Assembly: GCA_003990765.1 (NCBI GenBank)
Contig: RBNJ01000225.1
Location: 1-36,245, forward strand
Source of the DNA: Jimgerdemannia flammicorona
Taxonomy: Eukaryota
Direction: 5' to 3'
DNA length: 36,245 nucleotides
Positions 1-11,379 of the stretch are shown here, piece by piece. The position numbers and the translations under genes are program-made. The notes under the pieces are model-generated. The model ran no database searches. It worked only from the letters and a program-made list of their open reading frames with translations, and was not told the origin of the DNA. Numbering within the stretch: position 1 is the first letter of the stretch; each line of letters opens with the position of its first letter.

Positions 1-108
1 ACAGCACAAGCATCCTGAAGAATATAAAAGAAGGATCAAGGAACCGCAGTAGCAGCAGCCAACAAGAACCCCAATCCCAAAATAGCTCAAAGACTTACCA
101 CAAACAAA

Positions 109-663
109 ATGCCTGCTGCCCGCCAAACCTCAAGGTCAAGGAATCATCAAGGTATCTCGGTCGAGGAAAGGATGTTTCAAGATATCAGAAGAGCCATGAG
201 GACCCGCTCAAGAAGGACTCCTAGCGTCAACCTGGGTACTGCAGACCCTTATCACTTTATCCTCTACTGACATGAAATGGAAACAAGGATCACCATTGCC
301 ACCAAATACCTCCAAATGTGGCAGGAATACGAAATAGGAAACCTCCTCTGCTGGGAGTTCCCACAGGCCAGCCCTCAAGAGCTACAAGATGCCACCCCCA
401 TAGACCTACGTGAGACAAGGACAGCAAAGAAGATCCATCAGATCTTCAGGCATGCACCATGGTCGATCCCCAACTTGGAGTATGTTAGAGTCTCAGACTT
501 CAGAGACCTGTCATCCCGCCATATCAATGCACTAGAAGCCAGGGTAGCCACAGAAGCCCAGTTCACCATCACCCTCAACAGCGAAGAAGTAGAAGACTTC
601 TGGCACCCTATCCTTCAGGACAACCCAGACCAATTCCTGCAAGGATTGATCTCAGTATTCTAA
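109..663 (+). pseudogene. Retrotransposon 3' accessory ORF (~184 codons, one internal TGA), unknown function
   Basis: ATG at 109 is in frame with ORF 277-663. The single TGA at 268-270 is explainable as CGA>TGA. Shares a Y-x-I-G-x-x-L...A-x-K/R-I/L-x-x-I-F/Y pattern with 32205-32639. Confidence 0.55.
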
Positions 664-955
664 GGCCCAAGCATCCGAGTTAGATCTCCCCAAGACCCCA
701 CATTTGTCTCCTATTTTGTGGAAGAGAACCTCATAGACTGGAGAGCTCCAGACCTTGTTCCCGATTTCCCCACCACACCCGAACGTGATGATGTCATTGA
801 TGACGTCATCCCGCGCAACATCGAGGCACGCGAAAATGATGAAGTACGCGAAACGCGTGACCTACATGACGAATTCGCGGACCTCATCTCCTTCAGTGAT
901 GATGATGATGATGATGAAGCTCCCATGATCCTGAACTTTCTGCTCTAAAGTTCTT

Positions 956-1095
956 TGTTATACTGGATAATGCCAGCACCGGTATTCTCATGTAACACTG
1001 GATAATGCCAGCACCAGTATTCTGAGGTGATGCGAAATTATTCCAGCACCGGTATTTTGATGTGGTACTAAATAATGCCAGCCCTGGAACTCAGT
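956..1095. repeat. Four tandem ~35-bp repeats with a near-palindromic core
   Basis: Units start at 956, 991, 1026 and 1061; core AATGCCAGCACCGGTATT; no spacers. Confidence 0.85.
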
Positions 1096-1391
1096 AGTTT
1101 TAGTTATTGGAATTTATATTTAGCTTTATATCTTAGCAACCATTGAATTATATTTTGTATAAATACCTCTCTTATTTCCTCTGAAATAAAGTCAGTTCCT
1201 CTTAGTGCAATACACACACTTCCTTACAAGCAATCTAAGAGATAACAAGACAGTTAAAGATAAGAAGTTTGAGGACTATAAGACCTTGGGAAGGCACTCC
1301 AACAAGAACTTGCTTATAACAACTTGAGTTAGTCTAAGAGATACACCTTGAAGAGAATCTGGTGTATTTGAAGGACTCAGCGACCACTACA

Positions 1392-1531
1392 TGACAATAA
1401 AGATATTAAAGGTCAGAAGGCAAAAATCCTCATTAATATATAAGTAGCTATGTATCTATATCATTACTAAATAATTTCTAGATATCCTTTAGTAGCCCAT
1501 TAATAGACTATCTAATCTCAGAATTATTATA
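1392..1531 (+). mobile_element. Decayed Gypsy protease fragment, left part (same family as 11380-18730)
   Basis: AAAAATCCTCATTAATATA...CTATCTAATCTCAG aligns by eye to the reverse complement of ~15320-15440 (KILIDT[G]A region). Confidence 0.75.
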
Positions 1532-1639
1532 TGATACCTTTCTCAGTTATCACTCATGTTACACACACTTTTACAATATACTTTCAAGCATTTATTAGAG
1601 AAAGATACTAAGGCAATAGCAATCAACAAGTAAGCCAAC

Positions 1640-3650
1640 ATGCATACTAGGTTGGGTAGACCTGAAGCCTTTAACTGGCAATATGTTAGATGTGGATATG
1701 GATTAGAGATGAGGTCATTCAGTAGTCCAAGTGGGCAGAGTGGTTCAGGCAGTAGTAGTGGTGCTGGGAGAGGAGCAGGTGGGCAGAAAGAGAGGAGCTT
1801 TGCAGATATGCTGAAGAATAGTAGATGGCCTGTTGGATCTTGTGGCAGATGAATAGAGAGGAAGAGAAAGCAAAGAGTAGGAGAAGTGGGAGGTGCTGGA
1901 TCTTAGCCAGTAGAGGGAAGGGCCAGTGAAACAGCAGCTGGAAGTAGGAGGGGGACTGCTGATGGTAGTATAACTGGGAATCTGGAAAAAAATCCAGATA
2001 TGACTACTGATAGGGGGGCTGGACAGATGGACCCAAAGAGGAAGGGGGATCTGGCAGATATGTAGTATGATAGGGCTGGTAGTGGTACTATTACTCAAGA
2101 AGTTGATTTCAGAGTTTGCAGCAACCTTGTACTTCTGGGGCTTGGCCATAACAGTGAGGATAGTTCTGGAGATTATCTCAGAGCAAGTGGCTGAGGCTGC
2201 ATCAATGAAGTTTCTGAAGGAACTGGAAGGAATTGTGGTGGGTTTTGAGAAAGCAGGTCCACTGAAGGAAGCTTTGAAGACCAGAGTGGCAGTAGGAGAG
2301 GTGGTGGTTTCTATAGTGCAATATTTGAGATGGGACCCCAGGGTTGTTCAGTTACTAGTGAAAGGGGTGCCTATGGTGATAAAGGTTGAGACTAGGAGGA
2401 GGGTGGAGGAGATAATGGTAGAGTATGGCAATGTAGTTGATATTAGGTTCCAGATGTAGGAGGAGACCACTTTCAGGATAGGAGATATTGATATCAGGAT
2501 TAGACTGGCAGAAAGAGAGGCCACTGAGAAGACAAGTGACTGGCCTTCAGTTATGTTGTGGGGGGCCTTCATCTGTAAGGTGTCTAGAGTGAAGAGGAGT
2601 GAGGAGGAGGAGGAGGATCTGCTGGAGGCCCTAGAGGAGATGAGTGGGGCAGTTGAGTAGAGGGCAAAAGCCTGGAGGATATATGAAGAGGCTATACATT
2701 TAGAGATTGTAGATGAGAAGCATATTTTTATAGACAAGGGAAAGTAGAAGAGGGCTCAAGGGTGCAAAAAATAGAGGGAGTTGTTGGTGAGCATGGATGG
2801 AGAAATGAAGAAAGATACTAATGGAGCTGAAGTATTTGGAGGGGCTAAGGTGAGTGTCTGGGCTAGTAAGAGAGGAGGGAATAGAGAGGAGGGCCTGGAT
2901 GGGACCAGGAAGATATCATGCAATGACCCATATGCTGATGGTACCTTTGAGGTCTAGGAAGAGGAATTGGATGATACTCCTCCTCCTCTTATCAGAAGGA
3001 GTCCAGCTGAGAGGAGTAAGGTGGTGGAAAATGTACTAATATATAGTATCCAGTGAGTTCACTTTGGAGTTCCAGATATGGCAAAAGGAGGACAGATGGT
3101 GGCAGTTGATGAGGATGAGCTGGTGGATGTTCCAGAGGAGGGGTGGGATGAGACAGTAAGTATGGGGGCTGATACCACAATGCTGGATGCCAGGAGGCCA
3201 GTGATGTCAGAAGGGAAGGAGGTGGGGAATCTACTGTGAATGTATTGAATGATGAACAACTTCATAGCTAAAGAGTTGAGAGAAGTGGACCTGAGAGTGA
3301 TGAGTGAGGAGTATTGAGTATAGATTCTGTGTAGAGATAGAGTGGTAGAGATGCTGAGGGTAGAGATACTTGCAATTCTTCTGGAGAAGAAGGGGTATGA
3401 GGTTGATAAGAAGAGAGAGGCCAAGCTGACTGTTATTGCTAGTGAGAGGGCCACCTTCTGTTGGGCAGAGCATCATGGACTGAAACTCTGACAGAAGGCC
3501 TGCCTGGAGTATTATGAGGAATTTGAAGAAAAGGAGGATAGGAAGATGGCTGAACTACTGGTTGAATTGGAGGCAAGGGAGGCTGAGGAGGAGGGATTGG
3601 CTGCTAAATATAACTTAGATGTAGCTCAAGAGGAGAGGGATGTAGACTTG
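1640..3650 (+). pseudogene. LINE ORF1 remnant (boundaries approximate)
   Basis: Purine-rich interrupted frames upstream of the endonuclease; degenerate knuckle-like xxFCWAEHHGLKL at ~3450-3490. Confidence 0.5.
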
Positions 3651-3656
3651 TAGAGG

Positions 3657-6600
3657 ATGAGCAGGACACTACTTCTAAACATTCTTCTCAATGAACAGTA
3701 CAACTAACATTTTTTCTCTAAATATAAATGGGCTATGAGGTGGAAGAATATTTTTACTTAGCTTAAGAGATTAGAGGCTGATCTCTTTCTGCTGCAGGAT
3801 GTATACTGTGAGGATGAGATAGATCAAGTGGAGTGGGCTAGAGAATGGAGAGGAGCTATAGCTTGGATTGACAAAGTGGCAATATTAGTGCAGAGGGGTA
3901 AAGGGGATCTTGGTGGAATTAGGAGCTAGAGTGACTATTTGGTATAGGGGGAATGGTGTTGACCTGGGTAGGAGCCAGTGAGAGTTGGCTCTTACTACTG
4001 TCCAGTAGCTAGGAGTGAGCAGATTGCTTGGATTCAGAGTCTTTTAGAGGAGAGTACATTCTTGAAGGATGAGATGGATGTTCTGGGAGGTGACTTCAAT
4101 ATGGTGTAGGATCTTCAGTTAGATAGAACTGATAGAAGAAAGAGTGCTGATGGAAGGAGCAGTGGCCTGGATACATGAGAGAAGGTGGAGAACCTTAGCT
4201 TCTTAGGAGATATGAGCAGAATATAGTGGAGAGATAAGAGGGTTTACACACATTGAGTGAATGGTCTAGGTACAAGAATTGACTGGATACTGACAGCCGA
4301 ATGCTGGGGCCTGGATGTTTAGAGGACTCTAGAGGTAGAGTAGTGCCCATAGTCAGATCATTGGAGACTGTTAGGGCAGGGGCAGTTTGGAGAGAGTAGA
4401 GATGAATCTGGACATTAGTACCTTAACTCCTCCCTGCTGGCTGAGAAGGTATTGTAGGACTCTTGGGCAGAGGACATTAAGGAGAAGATCCTAGGCTGGA
4501 TACATGAGGGCTTGTAAGTAAATATCTGGTAGATGAAGTTAAAAGAGGCTGTGAGGATTTACTGGAGAGAAGTTGGTAGGAATGCTGGGAGGTGAAGGAG
4601 AAGAAGAGTGTGATGTATTTCCAATAGACTGGTTAGACTGCAGATGGAATGGGCTGATTTGATAAATTTAAGTGAGGCAGATGATTGATGGTTAGCATAA
4701 GTTAGACTAGAGGTAATGGAACTACAACAGGTGTTGAGAGAGAAGGAGAAGATGTATATATATGAAAGGAATGGCAGCTAGGTTGAGGTGGCAGGGGCTT
4801 GAAGAGGGGGAGAGGCCATCTAGGTACTTGTCAAGACTCCTTCAGGTAAGAAGGGTGTGCTACTGGTAGAATGGAGTCCTTGATGCTGAAGAGGAAATGG
4901 TACATAGTATGCAATATATCTTAGGGTTACTGAAGGAGTGATAGTGGGGTCTGTGGAGTGAGAAGAAAGGGGGTACTGATGTAGAGGCAATTGAAGACAC
5001 TTCAGAGAACTGAGAGCTACCACTAGTAGAGGGCCTAGGGGATTTGATCCTTCCAGTCCAAGAAGAGGAGGTCCAGAGAGTCCTTGTAGCAACTAAGCTT
5101 GGCATGACACCAGGAGAGGATGGTCTACCTTGGGACTTTTGAAAGAAGATAGTGCAGGTCCCTAGAGTATTAGAAGAGATGACAGTCCTCTGTGATCTTG
5201 TTCTTTTGAGGGGTCAGTGGGTAAGAGGGCAGGACCTGAGACTGATAGCCCTGTTATATATAAGGATAAGAGAAGGAGAGAGAATTGGAAGAACTGGAGG
5301 CTGATCATGCTTCTGAATATAGATAGGAAGATAGTAACTAAGGTAATTATGGCAAGATTACAGAGAGTTGCCCAGCAGATATTGGGTGAAGAGCAGTGGA
5401 GCTTTGTTGGTAGTAGACTTATTAGAGATGAGATGGCCTAGGTCTATGGTATCATTGAAGGGACAAGTGCTAGTGGATTGGATGAGAGACTAGTCTTTTT
5501 GGATCAGAAGAAGGCCTATAACTGTATTTGGCAAGTGTGGTTGGGTAAGATATTAGACAGAATAAGAGTTCCTCTATTATTTCAAGCTTCTATATTGAAT
5601 CTGTTAGAGGGTAGTAGGGCAGTGCTAATGTGTAATGGTCACTAGAGCATAGCATTTTACTTGAGGAGAGGAGTTCCTCAGAAGGACCCATTGTCTCTCA
5701 TTTTATATACCCTTTTGTAAGAACCTTTGATAGATAGGATTTGGCAGAGAGTGGCAGGGCTTACTATTTATGGTGTAGTATGGAAGATAGGGGCCTTTGC
5801 AGATAACATAGTGGTTGGACTTGGCTTAGTAGTAGATGTTGAGGCTCTTAAGAAGATAGTAGAATGATATGAGGTATACTCTGGAGCAAAGCTCAACTAG
5901 TATAAGTGTGAGTATAGTATTGGACAATGGGTTAGTGGGTGGGGATATCATTGGAACAATTGTCCTAACAGGAAAGACAGTGCAGTATCTAGGTATCTTC
6001 CTTTTAGTATATAGATTGACCTTACTATGAGTATGGTGGGAGAGAAGAGTAGCTATCTGGAGAGAGGTGCTTAGAGGCTGGAGAGGTCACCACATCTCTC
6101 TAGTAGGTAGAGTTTTGATTCTGAATATTTACTGGTTCCCTAAGCTGTAGTATATTGCCTATTACTTGAACTTTCCAACTTGAGTGGTGAAGAGACTGAT
6201 GAAGATAGCTAGAGATTAGATTTGAGCTGGAAGATAATCCCAGATCAGCTGGGATACCCTTTCATTACTAGTAATTCAAGGGGGGCTAGGACTGGTAGAC
6301 TTTTCTAAGAGACTGGACTGTCTGAGAGCTTGGTGGTTAAAGAAGATGGTGAGGAGGATGGGTGTCATTGATGCAGAAGGTATAGGAGATGAGATTCTCC
6401 CCAAGAGGAATCTTAGGAGATTTGCTTTCCCTGGTGGGCCTGGGTGAAAGCAATAGGCTATAGTATAAAGGTTTCTGATAGGGGGTGGCAGATGGAGCAT
6501 ACCATATAGGCCTATACTGAAGTAGTAATAAAGGGGAGATACTGTGGGGTCTGACTATGTGGCAATGAGACAGACTGCTTCTGGGGAGTATTCCCCTAAT

Positions 6601-7340
6601 TGCCTTTGATATTGGTGATGGAGTGAAGTGTCAGAGGGGGCTTGGTCAGGATCTTTGGCCTGATAGTTGGTAAGTAGTGAGGATTGGTGAGAAGTGGAAT
6701 TGGGCAGGAGTCTGGAAATGGAGTATTGAGGTATAGAGGTGGCTTTCTCTCAAGTATTGGGTAGTATGATAGTAGATGCTCCAGAGGAATGTTATGTTGA
6801 ATTTCCATGCTAGGCATCTGGTAAATAATAGTATACTGGAATGTGAGGCATACTACAATGTTGGATAAGTTGGGAGATTTATACAGATACCAGAATATTG
6901 ACTGGGAGAGTATGAGGTTCTGAGAGACTTTTGGATAGTAGTAGAGAACTAGCTGGGTGTAAAGAGGAGGTCAGATGGGGAGAGAGATCACCAGGAGAAT
7001 TTGAGAACTAGGTTGATGGGAGGGGTGGGCAATGAATGGCTCACTATAGGGTGGGTTTTAGCTATATGAGTTGGGTTGACCAGATATTAGCTCTTTGTAT
7101 TTGAGGAGAGGCAGTAGCTGGACTTACAGGAGAGTTTGTTAAGATAAGAGAAGTTGTTGGATGATATACTGACAGGGTGGTGGGTTGGATGGAGTCTCCA
7201 GAGTAGGTGTTACTATTATCTGGTGGAAAAATTTATAGACAGAATAGTGAGCAGATGGGAGTAATTAATGACCTAGTGGTCTTTAATTGAGAGAGAGTAG
7301 AGGAGGGGGGAGGGGCCTCCCTAGGGGGATAGATTAGGGG
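3657..7340 (+). pseudogene. LINE ORF2 remnant (APE endonuclease + reverse transcriptase; boundaries approximate)
   Basis: Motifs listed for the LINE; many TAG/TGA/TAA stops arising from transitions. Confidence 0.88.
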
Positions 7341-7420
7341 GTGAGTTCACTGTACTTATATGGGATAGATGGGATGTAATAAAGGGAGAGTCTGAGTGAC
7401 TATAAAAAAAAAAAAAAAAA

Positions 7421-8030
7421 TCAGTATTATTATAGTAGATAGAGTCAAAATTCAATCTCTTGAAGAAGTATGAAACATTATTATCTCTTTTGGACATATT
7501 TAGTTCTTTATTCTAAAAGCTATTATTATTAAAACTGTTATTTATAATATAATCCTTGGTACTAACTAGATGAAGAAAATAAATACAGTTATTAATATTG
7601 ATCAACAGGTGCTCAAATTTAACTATAGAAGAAAGTATAGAATCAAGATAACTAACTATGAGTAATTAAAGAAGAAGTAGAAGGTTACTATCTAGAAAGA
7701 GTATACTAATAGTAAAGAATCTATTATAGAGAAAGAAGAAGAATCTAAAGATAGAAATAATCTCAGACTTAATTTACAAATCAATCTAGTAGATGATAGG
7801 CTAGAAGATAATATATGGGCAAAAGACACTATCTCTATCACAATCAGAGCCATTACAGAACAAGCCAGAGAATGTCTCATCTGTCTCAAAAAATACAAAT
7901 GTTCTGAATATTTTTTAAAGATCATCAGAATAAGAAATTCATCTGATATAGTCTGCCTTAAGTGTAGAAAAAGGAAGAAGAAGTGCAACCACTCTCTGAA
8001 AATACCTACAACTGAAGTTACAGAGATATA
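7421..8030 (+). mobile_element. Decayed Gypsy fragment, right part (protease C-half and Cys-rich region)
   Basis: Continues the alignment to the reverse complement of ~14715-15325. Antisense ORF 7692-8039 resembles ORF 14783-15076. Confidence 0.85.
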
Positions 8031-8480
8031 TACTGACACTTGATGCCCAAGGTCAGCTGACTCCCTATATAGTCTATGATATACATACTATAATAATATC
8101 TTATTGATAATTGCAAAAGGAAAAAGGTACCACATCAAAATAAGTATACTTTAAATGCAGCTAAAGGTATCAGAAACTATGAAAAGATAGAAAAAGTACT
8201 GATCTGATATCAATAAAAGGAGCAACTCATCACTATTGCCTTCCTTACAGCAAACCACACTGGGGTAGAGGAATATATAAATATCCTCTTTCTCTGCTTG
8301 AATAAAGCTCAGCTTATTTTCTTTAAAACCACTTAAACCTATAAGTATCTCTTTGAACTACTTTAGGCCTACTAGAACTTTCCTGATTTAGCCACTTCCT
8401 CTTAAAGAACTAGAACCATTACAATATATGTGAGATATATAGTATATACTTATAGCAACAGTTCAGGGCTCATAATATAT
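8031..8480 (+). mobile_element. CpG-free decayed transposon remnant, possibly an integrase N-terminal region
   Basis: No CpG; NHTGVEE and PLPLKELEPL-like translated segments; weak. Confidence 0.3.
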
Positions 8481-9116
8481 ACAAATAACGCGTAACTGAT
8501 TGTTAGTGACGTAGACATTGATGACGTATATATAAGCCACAAATTCCTAAATATTGAGTTGCCTAACCACCAGATTCGTCATCCTGGAGCGCCTTCTCTA
8601 CAACCCCTCCGCAACATAAGTAAAGCAATGTGCCTTCATCTATATGGTAGGCATTTATCCCTTTCGCTGTTCGTGATGAATTCCATCGATGCTTTCATGG
8701 ACACATCCTCGCAACTCAAAGCCTTTTCACATTGCGCTTGCGAAAACACAATATGTCCTTCTGGCGACGTAGCGATCGAGCCTAGTTTTGATAATCACGT
8801 GTCTTCCCAACGGGGTTGGATGAAAGATCGGACTAACTCGAAATAGTATTGCATCGCTGGCATGATTGACATGATTGACTTGATCCAGCCATCTATGGAA
8901 TCTATTCATATTTGCAGATAAAACATTAGAAGTGGTGCCTGACCAAAAATTTTACACGCCGATAGTTGAAACCTAAACAAAGACGGGTCAAACCCAGTCA
9001 AACCGGTCAATTCGGTCAACGAGTGTATATATATGACAAATTGCTATATATATATATATAACTACCGTGATCTATTTACCGTCCCAACTACATATTCATA
9101 TAACTATGTATATATT

Positions 9117-9707
9117 TTAACAATAATTGTATGTACACCTTCTGTATACATTTGATAGCGAGATCGAAATCAAAATTATAGAAATGGTCGTCAAAATTGA
9201 CAACACGAGATCAACCTTCGCCCACATCCTTGCACTCGGGTTCGGATTCTTGATATCGCAGATCCCAATATACCACGCTAGAGGGATGCACCAGCCGACC
9301 CAGAAGCAGATGAACGCCATGGAGCCATAACCGGTATTGACGTCTGTGTAGACATTATTGACGACCACAGTAGTGTAGGCTTGCTGCGGGGCTGGGACCG
9401 GCTGGGGCTGGCCGTAGGACTGCTGCGGCTGGCCGTAGGACTGCGGTTGGCCGTAGGACTGCGGCTGGCCGTAGGGCTGCGGGGACGGGACCGGCTGGGG
9501 CTGGCCGTAGGGCTGCGGGGACGGGACCGGCTGGGGCTGGCCGTAGTAGGCTGGTACGTTTTGGCTCTGGTGATAGTTGGGAGGAGGTGGGGAGAAAGCC
9601 TGCTGGCGCTGCTCCGGCATAGTCATCGAGGGAACTGAGCCCGAGGCGCCATAGAGTGGTTCAGGAATGGGAGGGGTATCCGTGAACTGGGGATTTTTCG
9701 TGGCCAT
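9117..9707 (-). CDS. Pro/Gln/Tyr-rich (YGQPQ repeat) protein with C-terminal hydrophobic membrane segments, ~196 aa
   Basis: Likely start MATKNPQF at 9707 within ORF 9117-9878; PPPPNY motif; six YGQPQ units; two hydrophobic stretches (FICFWVGWCIPLAWYIG; LVLSILTTISIILISISL); CpG retained. Confidence 0.8.
   Translation of the reverse strand: MATKNPQFTDTPPIPEPLYGASGSVPSMTMPEQRQQAFSPPPPNYHQSQNVPAYYGQPQPVPSPQPYGQPQPVPSPQPYGQPQSYGQPQSYGQPQQSYGQPQPVPAPQQAYTTVVVNNVYTDVNTGYGSMAFICFWVGWCIPLAWYIGICDIKNPNPSARMWAKVDLVLSILTTISIILISISLSNVYRRCTYNYC
9382..9546 (-). repeat. Coding tandem repeats (36-, 18- and 21-bp units encoding YGQPQ variants)
   Basis: Repeated GGCTGGCCGTAG units visible on the + strand. 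Confidence 0.85.
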
Positions 9708-11379
9708 GGTGGTTGAGAACAAAAATGAGAGAGAGAAGTTGTCAATGCTTGGCCTCCGTCTCGGGACACTATAAACACCAATAATTATAATAATAATAAT
9801 CAGGTTCCTCAACGCTGATTGGTTTCGTATGCTGGCCGCGCCACAGCAAAATGTTACGCAAATTAAGGGGGTGAACACGCGGACAACCGGTTAACACCAA
9901 TTGGGAATGACTCCACGCATTACTAGATTCACTGGAAATGACACTTTGCCATAGGCCTTTGGACCACAGATATGTAAGAGGCAGTCCATGCAAGCTCATC
10001 TGGTACTCACATGAATCTCACCAGCCTACAGTATCTTACTGATCCACATGTATTAATGGCAGTACAATTTCGGTAATCAGACAGCTACGGATATTGTGCT
10101 CTGTCAGATATTATAATCTTAACTATAAATAATATCTTATAAATTATTATATTAATTAAAATTCTTTCGAACATAATAAATAAGTATATAATTATTATCT
10201 ATTATCTATAAATATAAGAATCTGTTTAATTCAGAGAACTGTAGTGCTATAAAATCTTCTTATTAAGCTATAGATATTACTTAATATTATACTGATAACT
10301 TATTAATATTAAAGTATAATTTAAACTTAATTTTTTAAAATTTAATAATTTGATTAAAATATCTAAATTTAATAAATTTTAGCTTATGGAATTTGTCTTA
10401 TATTAGTAATAAAAAATATTAAATTTAGTTATATTTTTATTAGATAAAATTTTAAATTTAATTAAATTGAATTAAACTTTAATTTATATTATTATCAGAA
10501 CTTAGAATTTATTATAACTATATAGTTTTTTATATATAAATAATAATACTTTAGTAATATTGTAGTTATTGTAATATAGCAGATATATAATCTAGAAAGT
10601 ATAACAGATTTCTATATTTCTTCTTAACTCTTTAAAGTTATAGATAATATCTGTCTGATCTCATTATCAGACTATTAGAGTGAGGCTCAAATACTTTTGA
10701 TCTGAGATTTATTTACTCTAGATACTGGGATTATTTATATATATAAGTTTGCTAGCTATATAGTAGTTAAGACTTCTTTTCTTATAAGTTTTTTCTCACA
10801 ATTGTGATATCTATATCTCTATATAATCTATATATCTGTATATTTCTTATAATTGTACAAATTGTATAACTGTAAGATTGGATAACTACTAACTATAATA
10901 CTATACTATATTGAGAATTAGATTTAGATACTGTAATTAAATACTATCTCCTGATTATTTCTAATTTAGATCATATTTATATTATAACTTCCTTCTAAAT
11001 AGATGATCTTGTCCTCAAGACATCTTATTCAAACTCAAAAATATATAATTTGAATACTTTGATAGTAATATATTTATTCCTCCTACATATATAGATATTT
11101 GATAGAATTACTTTACTAATTATCAAGTTAAGTATCTAAGTTATATAATCTCAGCTTAAAGAACCTATACTGATCTCTATAAAGTAGAGAAAGATAAGAA
11201 CTATTCTGAATCAACTATATATATCAAAAAAGACTTTATCTTTTCTCATATTGGTCTCTTACTACTGATAGTTTATCTCTGAGATTTTTTAATAAAATAG
11301 TGCTACTTTGTGAAGTTTTAAGAAGGATCAACCATTCTATTAAAAGAAAAAATAGTAATAGACCTTTGATTTACTCAAA

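Larger units (their letters stand above)
1..1391 (+). mobile_element. 3' end of an LTR (Ty3/Gypsy-like) retrotransposon: accessory ORF plus LTR
   Basis: TAGCAACCA...TGTATAAATA...AATAAA (about 1134-1190) has the same layout as the LTR at 31740-31790 (minus). The segment ends ...CCACTACA at 1391, where an unrelated protease fragment begins. Its ORF resembles the post-integrase ORF at 32205-32639. The LTR left end is not resolved. Confidence 0.6.
1532..7420 (+). mobile_element. Full-length but heavily mutated non-LTR retrotransposon (L1/Tx1-like LINE)
   Basis: APE motifs SLNING (~3716), LLQD, LGGDFN (~4083), TRIDW, SDH. RT motifs PGEDGL (~5110), NWRLIMLLNIDRKI, LDQKKAY, GVPQKDPLS, FADN (~5796). 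AATAAA at 7378-7383 and A17 at 7404-7420. TSD TCAG(A/T)ATTATTATA at 1518-1531 and 7421-7434. Confidence 0.92.

Noticed and set aside
991..1563. TGTAACA...TGTTACA as a solo LTR
   Set aside because: The left motif lies inside a tandem repeat, 1392-1531 is protease sequence, and the right motif is inside the LINE 5' end defined by the TSD.
1745..6817. Minus-strand Ser/Leu/Pro-rich ORFs
   Set aside because: Antisense to the purine-rich LINE.
8559..8909. Short ORFs on both strands
   Set aside because: No motifs or convincing splice structure.
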